This document shows positions 10,297-24,085 of a stretch of 64,000 bases of DNA, in pieces. How positions within the stretch are numbered: position 1 is the first letter of the stretch; each line of letters begins with the position of its first letter. This DNA comes from Escherichia coli (lineage in GTDB: Bacteria; Pseudomonadota; Gammaproteobacteria; Enterobacterales; Enterobacteriaceae), in NCBI RefSeq assembly GCF_001677475.2, contig NZ_CP015229.1, one strand, 5' to 3'. The notes beneath the pieces were generated by a model. That model searched no databases and had not been told where the DNA came from. It saw only the letters and a program-made list of their open reading frames with translations. Position numbers and translations under genes: made by a program.

Positions 10297-12582
10297 ATGA
10301 ATCAGAATCTGCTGGTGACAAAGCGCGACGGTAGCACAGAGCGCATCAATCTCGACAAAATCCATCGCGTTCTGGATTGGGCGGCAGAAGGACTGCATAA
10401 CGTTTCGATTTCCCAGGTCGAGCTGCGCTCCCACATTCAGTTTTATGACGGTATCAAGACCTCTGACATCCACGAAACCATTATCAAGGCTGCCGCAGAC
10501 CTGATCTCCCGTGATGCGCCGGATTATCAGTATCTCGCCGCGCGCCTGGCGATCTTCCACCTGCGTAAAAAAGCCTACGGCCAGTTTGAGCCGCCTGCGC
10601 TGTACGACCACGTGGTGAAAATGGTCGAGATGGGCAAATACGATAATCATCTGCTGGAAGACTACACGGAAGAAGAGTTCAAGCAGATGGACACGTTTAT
10701 CGATCACGACCGTGATATGACCTTCTCTTATGCTGCCGTTAAGCAGCTGGAAGGCAAATATCTGGTACAGAACCGCGTGACCGGCGAAATCTACGAAAGC
10801 GCCCAGTTCCTTTATATTCTGGTTGCCGCGTGCCTGTTCTCGAACTACCCGCGTGAAACGCGCCTGCAATATGTGAAGCGTTTTTACGACGCGGTTTCCA
10901 CATTTAAAATTTCGCTGCCGACGCCAATCATGTCCGGCGTGCGTACCCCGACTCGTCAGTTCAGCTCCTGCGTACTGATCGAGTGCGGCGACAGCCTGGA
11001 TTCCATCAACGCCACCTCCAGCGCGATTGTGAAATATGTTTCCCAGCGTGCCGGGATCGGCATCAACGCCGGGCGTATTCGTGCGCTGGGTAGCCCGATT
11101 CGCGGTGGCGAAGCGTTCCATACCGGCTGCATTCCGTTCTACAAACATTTCCAGACAGCGGTGAAATCCTGCTCTCAGGGCGGCGTGCGCGGCGGTGCGG
11201 CAACGCTGTTCTACCCAATGTGGCATCTGGAAGTGGAAAGCCTGCTGGTGTTGAAAAACAACCGTGGTGTGGAAGGCAACCGCGTGCGCCATATGGACTA
11301 CGGGGTACAGATCAACAAACTGATGTATACCCGCCTGCTGAAAGGTGAAGATATCACTCTGTTCAGCCCGTCCGACGTACCGGGGCTGTACGACGCGTTC
11401 TTCGCCGATCAGGAAGAGTTTGAACGTCTGTATACCAAATATGAGAAAGACGACAGCATCCGTAAGCAGCGTGTGAAAGCCGTTGAGCTGTTCTCGCTGA
11501 TGATGCAGGAACGTGCGTCTACCGGTCGTATCTATATTCAGAACGTTGACCACTGCAATACCCATAGCCCGTTTGATCCGGCCATCGCGCCAGTGCGCCA
11601 GTCAAACCTGTGCCTGGAGATAGCCCTGCCGACCAAACCGCTGAACGACGTCAACGACGAGAACGGTGAAATCGCGCTGTGTACGCTGTCTGCTTTCAAC
11701 CTGGGCGCAATTAATAGCCTGGATGAACTGGAAGAGCTGGCAATTCTGGCGGTTCGTGCACTTGACGCGCTGCTGGATTATCAGGATTACCCGATCCCGG
11801 CCGCCAAACGTGGAGCGATGGGTCGTCGTACGCTGGGTATTGGTGTGATCAACTTCGCTTACTACCTGGCGAAGCATGGTAAACGCTACTCCGACGGCAG
11901 CGCCAACAACCTGACGCATAAAACCTTCGAAGCGATTCAGTATTACCTGCTGAAAGCGTCTAATGAGCTGGCGAAAGAGCAAGGCGCGTGCCCGTGGTTT
12001 AACGAAACCACTTACGCGAAAGGGATCCTGCCGATCGATACTTATAAGAAAGATCTGGATGCCATCGCTAATGAGCCGCTGCATTACGACTGGGAAGCTC
12101 TGCGTGAGTCAATCAAAACGCACGGCCTGCGTAACTCCACGCTTTCTGCTCTGATGCCCTCCGAGACTTCTTCGCAGATCTCTAACGCCACTAACGGTAT
12201 TGAACCGCCGCGCGGTTACGTCAGCATCAAAGCGTCGAAAGACGGTATTCTGCGCCAGGTGGTGCCGGATTACGAGCATCTGCACGACGCCTATGAGCTG
12301 CTGTGGGAAATGCCGGGTAACGATGGCTACCTGCAACTGGTGGGTATCATGCAGAAATTTATCGATCAGTCGATCTCTGCCAACACCAACTACGATCCGT
12401 CACGCTTCCCGTCAGGAAAAGTGCCGATGCAGCAGTTGCTGAAAGACCTGCTCACCGCCTACAAATTCGGGGTCAAAACGCTGTATTATCAGAACACCCG
12501 TGACGGTGCTGAAGACGCACAAGACGATCTGGTGCCGTCAATCCAGGATGATGGCTGCGAAAGCGGCGCATGTAAGATCTGA
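10297..12582 (+). CDS. nrdA: Ribonucleoside-diphosphate reductase 1 alpha subunit (class Ia)
   Basis: 761-aa ORF; N-terminal ATP-cone (MNQNLLVTKRDGSTERINLDKIHRVL), catalytic core, C-terminal Cys pair. Confidence 0.97.
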   Translation: MNQNLLVTKRDGSTERINLDKIHRVLDWAAEGLHNVSISQVELRSHIQFYDGIKTSDIHETIIKAAADLISRDAPDYQYLAARLAIFHLRKKAYGQFEPPALYDHVVKMVEMGKYDNHLLEDYTEEEFKQMDTFIDHDRDMTFSYAAVKQLEGKYLVQNRVTGEIYESAQFLYILVAACLFSNYPRETRLQYVKRFYDAVSTFKISLPTPIMSGVRTPTRQFSSCVLIECGDSLDSINATSSAIVKYVSQRAGIGINAGRIRALGSPIRGGEAFHTGCIPFYKHFQTAVKSCSQGGVRGGAATLFYPMWHLEVESLLVLKNNRGVEGNRVRHMDYGVQINKLMYTRLLKGEDITLFSPSDVPGLYDAFFADQEEFERLYTKYEKDDSIRKQRVKAVELFSLMMQERASTGRIYIQNVDHCNTHSPFDPAIAPVRQSNLCLEIALPTKPLNDVNDENGEIALCTLSAFNLGAINSLDELEELAILAVRALDALLDYQDYPIPAAKRGAMGRRTLGIGVINFAYYLAKHGKRYSDGSANNLTHKTFEAIQYYLLKASNELAKEQGACPWFNETTYAKGILPIDTYKKDLDAIANEPLHYDWEALRESIKTHGLRNSTLSALMPSETSSQISNATNGIEPPRGYVSIKASKDGILRQVVPDYEHLHDAYELLWEMPGNDGYLQLVGIMQKFIDQSISANTNYDPSRFPSGKVPMQQLLKDLLTAYKFGVKTLYYQNTRDGAEDAQDDLVPSIQDDGCESGACKI

Positions 12583-12608
12583 TAATCCCCCAGCCTTTGC
12601 ACCAAACC

Positions 12609-12648
12609 GTCCCCTCTCCCCTTGCGGGAGAGGGTTAGGGTGAGGGGT
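12609..12648. repeat. GC-rich palindromic element between nrdA and nrdB
   Basis: cccctctcccCTTGCgggagaggg followed by ttagggtgagggg; stem cctctccc/gggagagg. Confidence 0.4.
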
Positions 12649-12670
12649 AATAAAACCACAGGACACATTC

Positions 12671-13801
12671 ATGGCATATACCACCTTTTCACAGACGAAA
12701 AATGATCAGCTCAAAGAACCGATGTTCTTTGGTCAGCCGGTCAACGTGGCTCGCTACGATCAGCAAAAATATGACATCTTCGAAAAGCTGATCGAAAAGC
12801 AGCTCTCTTTCTTCTGGCGTCCGGAAGAAGTTGACGTTTCTCGTGACCGTATCGATTACCAGGCATTGCCTGAACACGAAAAACACATCTTTATCAGCAA
12901 CCTGAAATATCAGACGCTGCTGGACTCAATTCAGGGTCGCAGCCCAAACGTGGCACTGCTGCCGCTGATCTCGATCCCGGAACTGGAGACCTGGGTCGAA
13001 ACCTGGGCGTTCTCAGAAACGATTCATTCCCGTTCCTATACTCATATCATTCGTAATATCGTTAACGATCCGTCTGTTGTCTTTGACGATATCGTCACCA
13101 ACGAGCAGATCCAGAAACGTGCGGAAGGGATCTCCAGCTATTACGATGAACTGATCGAAATGACCAGCTACTGGCATCTGCTGGGCGAAGGCACCCACAC
13201 CGTTAACGGTAAAACCGTAACCGTTAGCCTGCGCGAGCTGAAGAAAAAACTCTATCTCTGCCTGATGAGCGTTAACGCGCTGGAAGCGATCCGCTTCTAC
13301 GTTAGCTTCGCTTGCTCCTTTGCGTTCGCCGAACGCGAACTGATGGAAGGTAACGCCAAAATTATTCGCCTGATTGCCCGCGACGAAGCCCTGCACCTGA
13401 CCGGTACTCAGCATATGCTGAATCTGCTGCGCAGCGGCGCGGATGATCCGGAGATGGCGGAAATTGCCGAAGAATGTAAGCAGGAGTGCTATGACCTGTT
13501 TGTCCAGGCGGCACAGCAAGAGAAAGACTGGGCGGATTATCTGTTCCGTGACGGTTCGATGATTGGTCTGAATAAAGATATTCTCTGCCAGTACGTTGAA
13601 TACATCACCAATATCCGCATGCAGGCAGTCGGTTTGGATCTGCCGTTCCAGACGCGCTCCAACCCGATCCCGTGGATCAACACCTGGTTGGTGTCTGATA
13701 ACGTGCAGGTTGCTCCGCAGGAAGTGGAAGTCAGTTCTTATCTGGTCGGGCAGATTGACGCGGAAGTGGACACCGACGATTTGAGTAACTTCCAGCTCTG
13801 A
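12671..13801 (+). CDS. nrdB: Ribonucleoside-diphosphate reductase 1 beta subunit
   Basis: 376-aa ORF with diiron-tyrosyl radical protein features; immediately downstream of nrdA. Confidence 0.97.
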   Translation: MAYTTFSQTKNDQLKEPMFFGQPVNVARYDQQKYDIFEKLIEKQLSFFWRPEEVDVSRDRIDYQALPEHEKHIFISNLKYQTLLDSIQGRSPNVALLPLISIPELETWVETWAFSETIHSRSYTHIIRNIVNDPSVVFDDIVTNEQIQKRAEGISSYYDELIEMTSYWHLLGEGTHTVNGKTVTVSLRELKKKLYLCLMSVNALEAIRFYVSFACSFAFAERELMEGNAKIIRLIARDEALHLTGTQHMLNLLRSGADDPEMAEIAEECKQECYDLFVQAAQQEKDWADYLFRDGSMIGLNKDILCQYVEYITNIRMQAVGLDLPFQTRSNPIPWINTWLVSDNVQVAPQEVEVSSYLVGQIDAEVDTDDLSNFQL

Positions 13802-14055
13802 TGGCCCGCGTTACCCTGCGCATCACTGGCACACAACTGCTGTGCCAGGATGAACACCCTTCCCTTCTGGCGGCGCTGGAATCCCACAATGTGGCGGTTG
13901 AGTACCAGTGCCGCGAAGGTTATTGCGGCTCCTGTCGCACCCGACTGGTCGCAGGTCAGGTGGACTGGATTGCCGAACCGTTAGCCTTTATTCAGCCGGG
14001 GGAAATTTTGCCCTGTTGTTGCCGGGCAAAAGGCGATATTGAAATCGAGATGTGA
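13801..14055 (+). CDS. yfaE: 2Fe-2S ferredoxin involved in NrdB cofactor maintenance
   Basis: 84-aa ORF with Cys cluster CREGYCGSC...CCC; start overlaps the nrdB stop. Confidence 0.88.
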   Translation: MARVTLRITGTQLLCQDEHPSLLAALESHNVAVEYQCREGYCGSCRTRLVAGQVDWIAEPLAFIQPGEILPCCCRAKGDIEIEM

Positions 14056-14071
14056 ATTGGTTGTTGTGCCA

Positions 14072-14103
14072 GATACAACGCTTATACGTCTTATCTGGCC
14101 TAC
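14072..14103. terminator. Hairpin between convergent yfaE and inaA (probable bidirectional terminator)
   Basis: Inverted repeat gccagata...tatctggc in the 53-bp convergent gap. Confidence 0.4.
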
Positions 14104-14108
14104 AACGA

Positions 14109-14759
14109 TTACATGGCGTAGTAATACGCTTTCACCTGCTCCCAGTCCGCTTTGGGGATTGGCTCCAGATATTTTTCCAGCTGGCGGAAGTCATGATTAA
14201 TCGCTTTATTGCGACGCAAGCGGCGACGACTTTTCTCCAGGTCAAGAAAACCAGATTCTGCTTTACCTTCTGTTTTCACATAGATATGGCGAACATAACA
14301 ACAGCCATGCTGACGATTAACGCTATGCATTTTCTTAAACGCCAGTGCCACTGCTTTCAACATGGCTTGCCGTACTTCGTCAGAATAAGGCGATACTGCA
14401 TGCTGGGCATACCAGTCAGCAATGCTGATGAACCCCGCCATATCTTCAGTCACCAGCAACGCGCGCCATTCACCCTCAATTTTCACCGCTTCACCAAAAA
14501 CGATCTTCGGCACGATGACACCGGCCCGTTCTAGTTCTTTAATTACCGCAACCTCACGGACAATCGTTGGTCGGCCGAACGGATAACGTACAGAATGAAA
14601 CAGATGATGTGTCATGCGCTTTACATACAGCTTTTTGCCGTTGCGCTCGACGCATTGCACACCGCTCATACCATTACGGCGATAGTTAGGCTCTTCAACC
14701 CAGTCGCCCTCTGTTGCCCACCAGTGATTAAATTCGTCGTACTTTGCTGAAACTGCCAT
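14109..14759 (-). CDS. inaA: Acid-inducible, Mar/Sox/Rob-regulated lipopolysaccharide-kinase-like protein InaA
   Basis: 216-aa ORF MAVSAKYDEFNHWWATEGDWVEEPNYRRNGMSGVQ... ending ...VKAYYYAM. Confidence 0.9.
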   Translation of the reverse strand: MAVSAKYDEFNHWWATEGDWVEEPNYRRNGMSGVQCVERNGKKLYVKRMTHHLFHSVRYPFGRPTIVREVAVIKELERAGVIVPKIVFGEAVKIEGEWRALLVTEDMAGFISIADWYAQHAVSPYSDEVRQAMLKAVALAFKKMHSVNRQHGCCYVRHIYVKTEGKAESGFLDLEKSRRRLRRNKAINHDFRQLEKYLEPIPKADWEQVKAYYYAM

Positions 14760-14973
14760 ACCCTATTGCCTGTCGTTTTTATTAACGACAATGACTATAG
14801 GTGGTTACCTGAGGAAAATCTTAATGAAACGTGTCGTATTAATGAATTTCTTTTGCCGCTACTAGTGTGACACCGCTTTTGCCCTTCATTTGCAGCGCAT
14901 AGATTCCACCAGCCACTACCACTAATAGTGCGCCCAGCAGATAAAATGTGAATTTAATCAGGCGGATACAGCG

Positions 14974-15180
14974 ATGAATTTTATGCGACAGGGATTAGGC
15001 ATCGCCTTATTACCAGAGTTAACGCTGAAAACCATTGCAGGTGAATTGTGTTCCGTTCCTCACGAACCAATCTTCTATCGACAGATTTCGTTGTTGGCTA
15101 AAGAAAAGCCGGTAGAAGGCAGTCCACTGTTTTTACTACAAACGTGTACGGAACAACTCGTGGTGAGTGGAAAAATTTGA
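14974..15180 (+). pseudogene. yfaH: LysR-family regulator fragment (substrate-binding domain C-terminus only)
   Basis: 68-aa ORF ...GLGIALLPELTLK... typical of a LysR-type C-terminal domain; no HTH-encoding N-terminus upstream. Confidence 0.55.
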
Positions 15181-15248
15181 TGTGAGACATGAGATTGATG
15201 ACAAATGTAAGATTGCCTGATTCGCCACACTTAGTTGGCCTGTAGTCT

Positions 15249-15338
15249 TTACCATGCGTAATAATTCGTTTTCACCTGATTTTGGTCCACTTTGTGAATT
15301 AGCGATATATATTTATCCAATTTAGGGAAGTGACAATG
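15249..15338 (-). pseudogene. Decayed 3' remnant of an inaA paralog
   Basis: Minus-strand translation HCHFPKLDKYISLIHKVDQNQVKTNYYAW* aligns with the InaA C-terminus HDFRQLEKYLEPIPKADWEQVKAYYYAM*; DNA also aligns with 14111-14190; an in-frame stop lies just upstream. Confidence 0.5.
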
Positions 15339-15645
15339 ACTCCAGGTAGAAACCGGTATGAAGCGCCCGACTCACTGTCAAAACCGATTGTTGAGAGTAA
15401 TGACACTCCGGCGAACAGTACACAGTTTACTCTGGAGCCATTCTCAATCTGCAAGTGGGATGCCTAATAACTTGTCAGGGAAGTTATCAATATCTGTTTG
15501 TTACTTATTACCGTGTTTATTAACAATAATGATACTTTCTAACATGCGTAAAGGTCTTCGTAATAAAATGAGCTAAATTTGATAGTGAATATATTCTGCA
15601 AAGATTAAATTGTATCTAGTTAACTCACAATACAAGGAATCATTT

Positions 15646-16716
15646 ATGCCAAATACATCTATTCAATTATCTCGCTGTAATATTTTACAAAATAATAAAT
15701 TGCAAACAGCAGAAATTTACAAAGAATCACAACAAACCGCGAAACTTGAGATTTTTTGCAATGAGTTTCTAAAAATATCTCAAAGTAGATTCGGGTTATC
15801 AACCTCAGCAGACAACATAGCTAATTTATTGGCTTTTTTCACGAAAGCCTCAGATGAAATTGATAGTATCAAAACCCAAAAAATTGACGTTCACAGTTAT
15901 GGTTTCGTACCAATAAGACATTTTGTCGAGCATGTCATAACGTATAAAAATGAATTTGCAGAAGATTATGAACCCTATACCCTTACCTTTACCCGAGGTG
16001 AAAACAACGAAGGTGTTTTGAGTATCGAAAGCAAAGAAGGGTTTCTTTCAGAAAGAACAATAAATTTAAATGAATATGAAACTGCAATTAACATCATCAA
16101 TGAGCATGTTGCAAAAGAAAATATCAATAACAAGATCCAAACATTGACAGACAAAGACACACCAAAAATAACCAACTCTGACAAAATTTATAAATTTATC
16201 CACGAGTTAAATATAAGAACTCAACTTTACAGCAAGCAAAAAGAATATACAGACCTGCTACTACATTCTGAGAAAAATACAGAATGGTACAAATACACAT
16301 CCTCCGAGGAACGCTATGATGTATTTAAGAATTCTTCTAAAAAAATTGAAAATACCTACAAGCAAATTGTGCAAGCGCAGAAAAAATTGAAGCAAATGAA
16401 ATACATCAATAAATTAAGTGGTGAGCTTATCGATATCGCCGACAAAAAGTTAGCACCATTAATAAATGATAGTTTCAGCTATACACGAGATTTCTTTGCT
16501 TACTCAAAAAATGAAAAAAATATCTTCACATTTGATAATTCTAAGTTTTTAGATCCAAAGGAAAAAGAAGGTTTAATGATACAACACAGCAATGGGCAAC
16601 TGGTTATTACTGGTAAATATTGCCCTGAAGGTATGCAAACAGCATTCACCCAAGAACAATATGATAAATTAATAAGATACATTAATATTTTCTTTACTTT
16701 CCAGAAATGCGAATAA
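15646..16716 (+). CDS. Hypothetical protein, AT-rich orphan, Lys/Asn/Glu/Ile/Tyr-rich, no signal peptide or TM segment
   Basis: Long intact ORF in a visibly AT-rich segment; ATG at 15646 preceded by AAGGAA (ORF-track start 15610 is TTG); no family recognised. Confidence 0.6.
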   Translation: MPNTSIQLSRCNILQNNKLQTAEIYKESQQTAKLEIFCNEFLKISQSRFGLSTSADNIANLLAFFTKASDEIDSIKTQKIDVHSYGFVPIRHFVEHVITYKNEFAEDYEPYTLTFTRGENNEGVLSIESKEGFLSERTINLNEYETAINIINEHVAKENINNKIQTLTDKDTPKITNSDKIYKFIHELNIRTQLYSKQKEYTDLLLHSEKNTEWYKYTSSEERYDVFKNSSKKIENTYKQIVQAQKKLKQMKYINKLSGELIDIADKKLAPLINDSFSYTRDFFAYSKNEKNIFTFDNSKFLDPKEKEGLMIQHSNGQLVITGKYCPEGMQTAFTQEQYDKLIRYINIFFTFQKCE

Positions 16717-16903
16717 TACTGTACATTATAAACTGCATTACAATTTATTATTGAGCCCTATTCATACTGTTTAAAGAATAACAATACCCAGTGTTAGCTT
16801 TCCTAACAAATGAGTTTTACGCAAATATGTTGGCATCTTTTTTAACAGGATGCTCAGGTGAATGAATAGAATAACCGGTAGTAGCATTATTTCGCTTTAG
16901 CTG

Positions 16904-16927
16904 AGGATGGCGCATGAACGCCATCCT
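16904..16927. terminator. Hairpin downstream of glpQ (end of glpTQ operon)
   Basis: Inverted repeat aggatggcg/cgccatcct just 3' of the glpQ stop; weak T-run. Confidence 0.4.
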
Positions 16928-16936
16928 GCAGTAGCA

Positions 16937-18013
16937 TTACTCTTTATTAAGGAATTTTACTGCCTTATCAGGGAAATCAGTAAACAGCCCATTTACACCC
17001 GCTTTGTCATACAGAACATCATATAACTGATTCACATCAGTAGTGTATTCAGGCAGTTTATCTGACCGCACGGTATAAGGATGCACTACCAGTTTATTCT
17101 GCTGAGCATCTTGCACCATGCCAGTGAGTTTGATATTACCCGGCTGCGATGTCTCCTCAATCAACATATGGTAATCCGGGCCAATACCATCTGCATATTC
17201 CGCCACCTGTTTCATGGCACCCGGCTTAAACATCCAGTCGTAGTTGTAATTAACCCAGCTTCCGTCCGGCTGTTTCTGCTGCGTTTCATTCCAGTCGGTA
17301 TAGGCAATCAGCTGTACCAGATTGAGATCCATGCCCATTTTAGGTTCCAGCTCATTCTTAATACGCTTCAGCTCATCAGCATCAAAACATTGTAAATAAA
17401 CTTTGTCGTCCTTACCGGTGTAACCATATTTCTTCAGCACTTCCAGCGTTTTTGCCGCAATATCCTTCCCTTCCTGATGATGGAACCACGGTGCTTTAAT
17501 TTCTGGATAGATACCGATATTTTTCCCGGTAGAGTGATTTAACCCCTGAACAAATTCAATCTCTTCTTCAAAGGTGTGCACCCGGAAGTCGGACTTACCC
17601 ATTGGGAAACGCCCCGGATAAGTCTGCACTTTTTTACCGTTTTCAATATCGAAACCTTCGGTAAATTTCAGCGACTTAATTTCATCCAGCGTGAAATCTA
17701 TCGCGTAGTAACGACCGTCTTTGCGCGCCCGATCCGGGAAACGATCGGCAACATCAGTAACACGATCGAGGTAATGGTCATGCAGAACAACCAGATGGTC
17801 GTCTTTGGTCATCACCAAATCCTGTTCCAGATAATCCGCTCCCTGCGCATACGCCATCGCTTTTGCTGGCAGCGTATGCTCCGGCAAATATCCACTGGCA
17901 CCGCGATGGGCGATGACTATTTTTTCGTTGCTGTCCGCCGCCATTGCACTGCTTCCCATGACTATAGTGCTCATCATGATCGCCATGCTAAGGTTTTTCA
18001 GCGTCAATTTCAT
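16937..18013 (-). CDS. glpQ: Periplasmic glycerophosphodiester phosphodiesterase
   Basis: Start MKLTLKNLSMAIMMSTIVMGSSAMA (signal peptide), HRG catalytic motif; start trimmed from ORF-track 18070 to 18013. Confidence 0.95.
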   Translation of the reverse strand: MKLTLKNLSMAIMMSTIVMGSSAMAADSNEKIVIAHRGASGYLPEHTLPAKAMAYAQGADYLEQDLVMTKDDHLVVLHDHYLDRVTDVADRFPDRARKDGRYYAIDFTLDEIKSLKFTEGFDIENGKKVQTYPGRFPMGKSDFRVHTFEEEIEFVQGLNHSTGKNIGIYPEIKAPWFHHQEGKDIAAKTLEVLKKYGYTGKDDKVYLQCFDADELKRIKNELEPKMGMDLNLVQLIAYTDWNETQQKQPDGSWVNYNYDWMFKPGAMKQVAEYADGIGPDYHMLIEETSQPGNIKLTGMVQDAQQNKLVVHPYTVRSDKLPEYTTDVNQLYDVLYDKAGVNGLFTDFPDKAVKFLNKE

Positions 18014-18017
18014 GCCA

Positions 18018-19376
18018 TTAGCCTCCGTTGCGTTTTTGCAGTAATTCCTGATGGCGACGTTTTTCACCAATCATCACAACAATCAACAAGATAACCGCCA
18101 GAATGCTGCCGCCAATCATTACCATAAAGCCGCCATCCCAGCCGAAGAAGTCCACGGTGTAGCCAACAATCGCGCTCGCCGCCACCGAACCGCCCAGGTA
18201 ACCAAACAGACCGGTAAAGCCCGCTGCCGTACCTGCCGCTTTTTTCGGTGCCAGTTCCAGCGCATGCAGACCGATCAGCATCACAGGACCGTAGATCAGG
18301 AAGCCGATAACAATCATACAAATCATATCGACGGTTGGGTTACCTGCCGGGTTCATCCAGTAAACGATAGTCGCGATGGTCACCAGTGTCATAAAGAAGA
18401 CGCCGGTTGCCCCACGGTTACCGCGGAAGACTTTATCCGACATCCAGCCGCACAGCAGAGTGCCCGGAATACCTGCATATTCATAAAGGAAGTAGGCCCA
18501 TGAGGATTTATCCAGCGCGAAGTGCTTAACCTCTTTCAGATAAGTCGGTGACCAGTCGAGGATGCCGTAACGCAGCAGATAAACGAACACGTTGGCGATG
18601 GCGATATACCACAGCAGTTTGTTCGGCAGCACGTACTGCATGAAGATTTGCTTCGCAGTCAGCTCCTGTTCCGCTTTTTCGTTATAGTCGTCTGGATAAT
18701 CATTTTTGTACTCTTCGATCGGCGGCAGGCCACAGGATTGCGGGGTATCGCGCATCATCGCAAAGGCGAATAATGCCACCAGAATGGCGCAGAAAGCGGG
18801 CATATAGAGCGCCGCGTGCCAGTCATTGAACCAGGCCATCCCCAGCAGGAACAGCAGCGGCGGAATACCACCACCGACGTTGTGCGCACAGTTCCACACT
18901 GACACAATGCCGCCACGTTCTTTCTGCGACCACCAGTGCACCATAGTACGACCACACGGCGGCCACCCCATCCCCTGGAACCAACCGCAGAGGAACAGAA
19001 GTACAAACATCACCGCAATGCTCGACGTCGCCCATGGCACAAAGCCCATAAACAACATCACTGCCGCCGCCAGAATCAAACCTGCGGGCAGGAAAACGCG
19101 CGGATTCGAGCGATCCGATACCGAACCCATGATGAATTTCGAAAATCCATAAGCAATCGAGATCCCCGAAAGGGCAAAACCTAAATCACCGCGTGAGAAT
19201 CCCTGCTCAACCAAATAAGGAATAGCGAGCGCAAAGTTCTTACGAACCAAATAGTAAGCAGCATAACCAAAGAATATCCCCAGGAAAATTTGCCAGCGCA
19301 ATCGACGATAAGTCGGATCGATCTCCGCGGCAGGTAAGCGCGCTTTGTGTGGCGCTGGTTTAAAAATACTCAACAT
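18018..19376 (-). CDS. glpT: Glycerol-3-phosphate:phosphate antiporter (MFS)
   Basis: 452-aa polytopic membrane protein [35 protein letters not shown]... Confidence 0.95.
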   Translation of the reverse strand: MLSIFKPAPHKARLPAAEIDPTYRRLRWQIFLGIFFGYAAYYLVRKNFALAIPYLVEQGFSRGDLGFALSGISIAYGFSKFIMGSVSDRSNPRVFLPAGLILAAAVMLFMGFVPWATSSIAVMFVLLFLCGWFQGMGWPPCGRTMVHWWSQKERGGIVSVWNCAHNVGGGIPPLLFLLGMAWFNDWHAALYMPAFCAILVALFAFAMMRDTPQSCGLPPIEEYKNDYPDDYNEKAEQELTAKQIFMQYVLPNKLLWYIAIANVFVYLLRYGILDWSPTYLKEVKHFALDKSSWAYFLYEYAGIPGTLLCGWMSDKVFRGNRGATGVFFMTLVTIATIVYWMNPAGNPTVDMICMIVIGFLIYGPVMLIGLHALELAPKKAAGTAAGFTGLFGYLGGSVAASAIVGYTVDFFGWDGGFMVMIGGSILAVILLIVVMIGEKRRHQELLQKRNGG

Positions 19377-19648
19377 TGATAGCCTCCGTGGCCCGTGATC
19401 TTATTTATGATTAACAGCCTGATTCAGTGGGAGAACCTGCCGTTTCTTGAGTTGCCGCGATGTTAAGAAAACATTCATAAATTAAATGTGAATTACCGCA
19501 CACATTATTAAATACGATGGTGAAAATGTTCAGAATGACGCATGAAATCACGTTTCACTTTCGAATTATGAGCGAATATGCGCGAAATCAAACAATTCAT
19601 GTTTTTACTATGGCTAAATGGTAAAAAACGAACTTCAGAGGGATAACA
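19377..19648. promoter_or_regulatory. Divergent glpTQ / glpABC control region
   Basis: 272-bp AT-rich divergent intergenic region holding both promoters and their regulator-binding sites; includes tttcgaattatgagcgaata-like half-sites. Confidence 0.6.
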
Positions 19649-23713
<4,065 letters not shown>

Positions 23714-23721
23714 TCTTCACT

Positions 23722-23745
23722 GGCAGGACGTGAAAACCTCCTGCC
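23722..23745 (+). terminator. Hairpin after glpC
   Basis: ggcagga-cgtgaaaacc-tcctgcc immediately 3' of the glpC stop. Confidence 0.4.
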
Positions 23746-24085
23746 ATTCATATCCACGCTGAATATTTCAGAATAACTGCTCTCTATTTTTTTACTTAAC
23801 TTCACATTTCCATGTATTGACACTCGCTATCTAAAAGTAGCTTTATTATGTCCCTTCAGAAACTAATTGATATAAATAATAATATTCACCACCACATTAC
23901 CTAAAAGAATAATAATATACGATTATTAAAAATTAAACATATTCACCAGCATTATATGTTTAGAATTACTTTGATAGTTCCCGCAAAAAAAATGTTTATA
24001 AATATTTATTTGCGTATATAATCCCGTCTGTTTAATATATTAAAAACATAATATTATTCCATTCATCAATATAAAAGGAACTTAA

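Noticed and set aside
10207-11565. 452-aa minus-strand ORF overlapping nrdA
   Set aside because: Antisense shadow ORF of nrdA; no RBS, implausible composition.
15358-15576. 72-aa ORF just upstream of the orphan gene
   Set aside because: No convincing RBS, overlaps the inaA-paralog remnant region, Arg/Leu/Ser-rich; more likely non-coding leader or promoter of the orphan gene.
16937-18070. N-terminally extended glpQ (377 aa)
   Set aside because: The signal peptide begins at MKLTLKNL (start 18013); the 19 upstream codons would overlap the glpT stop region.
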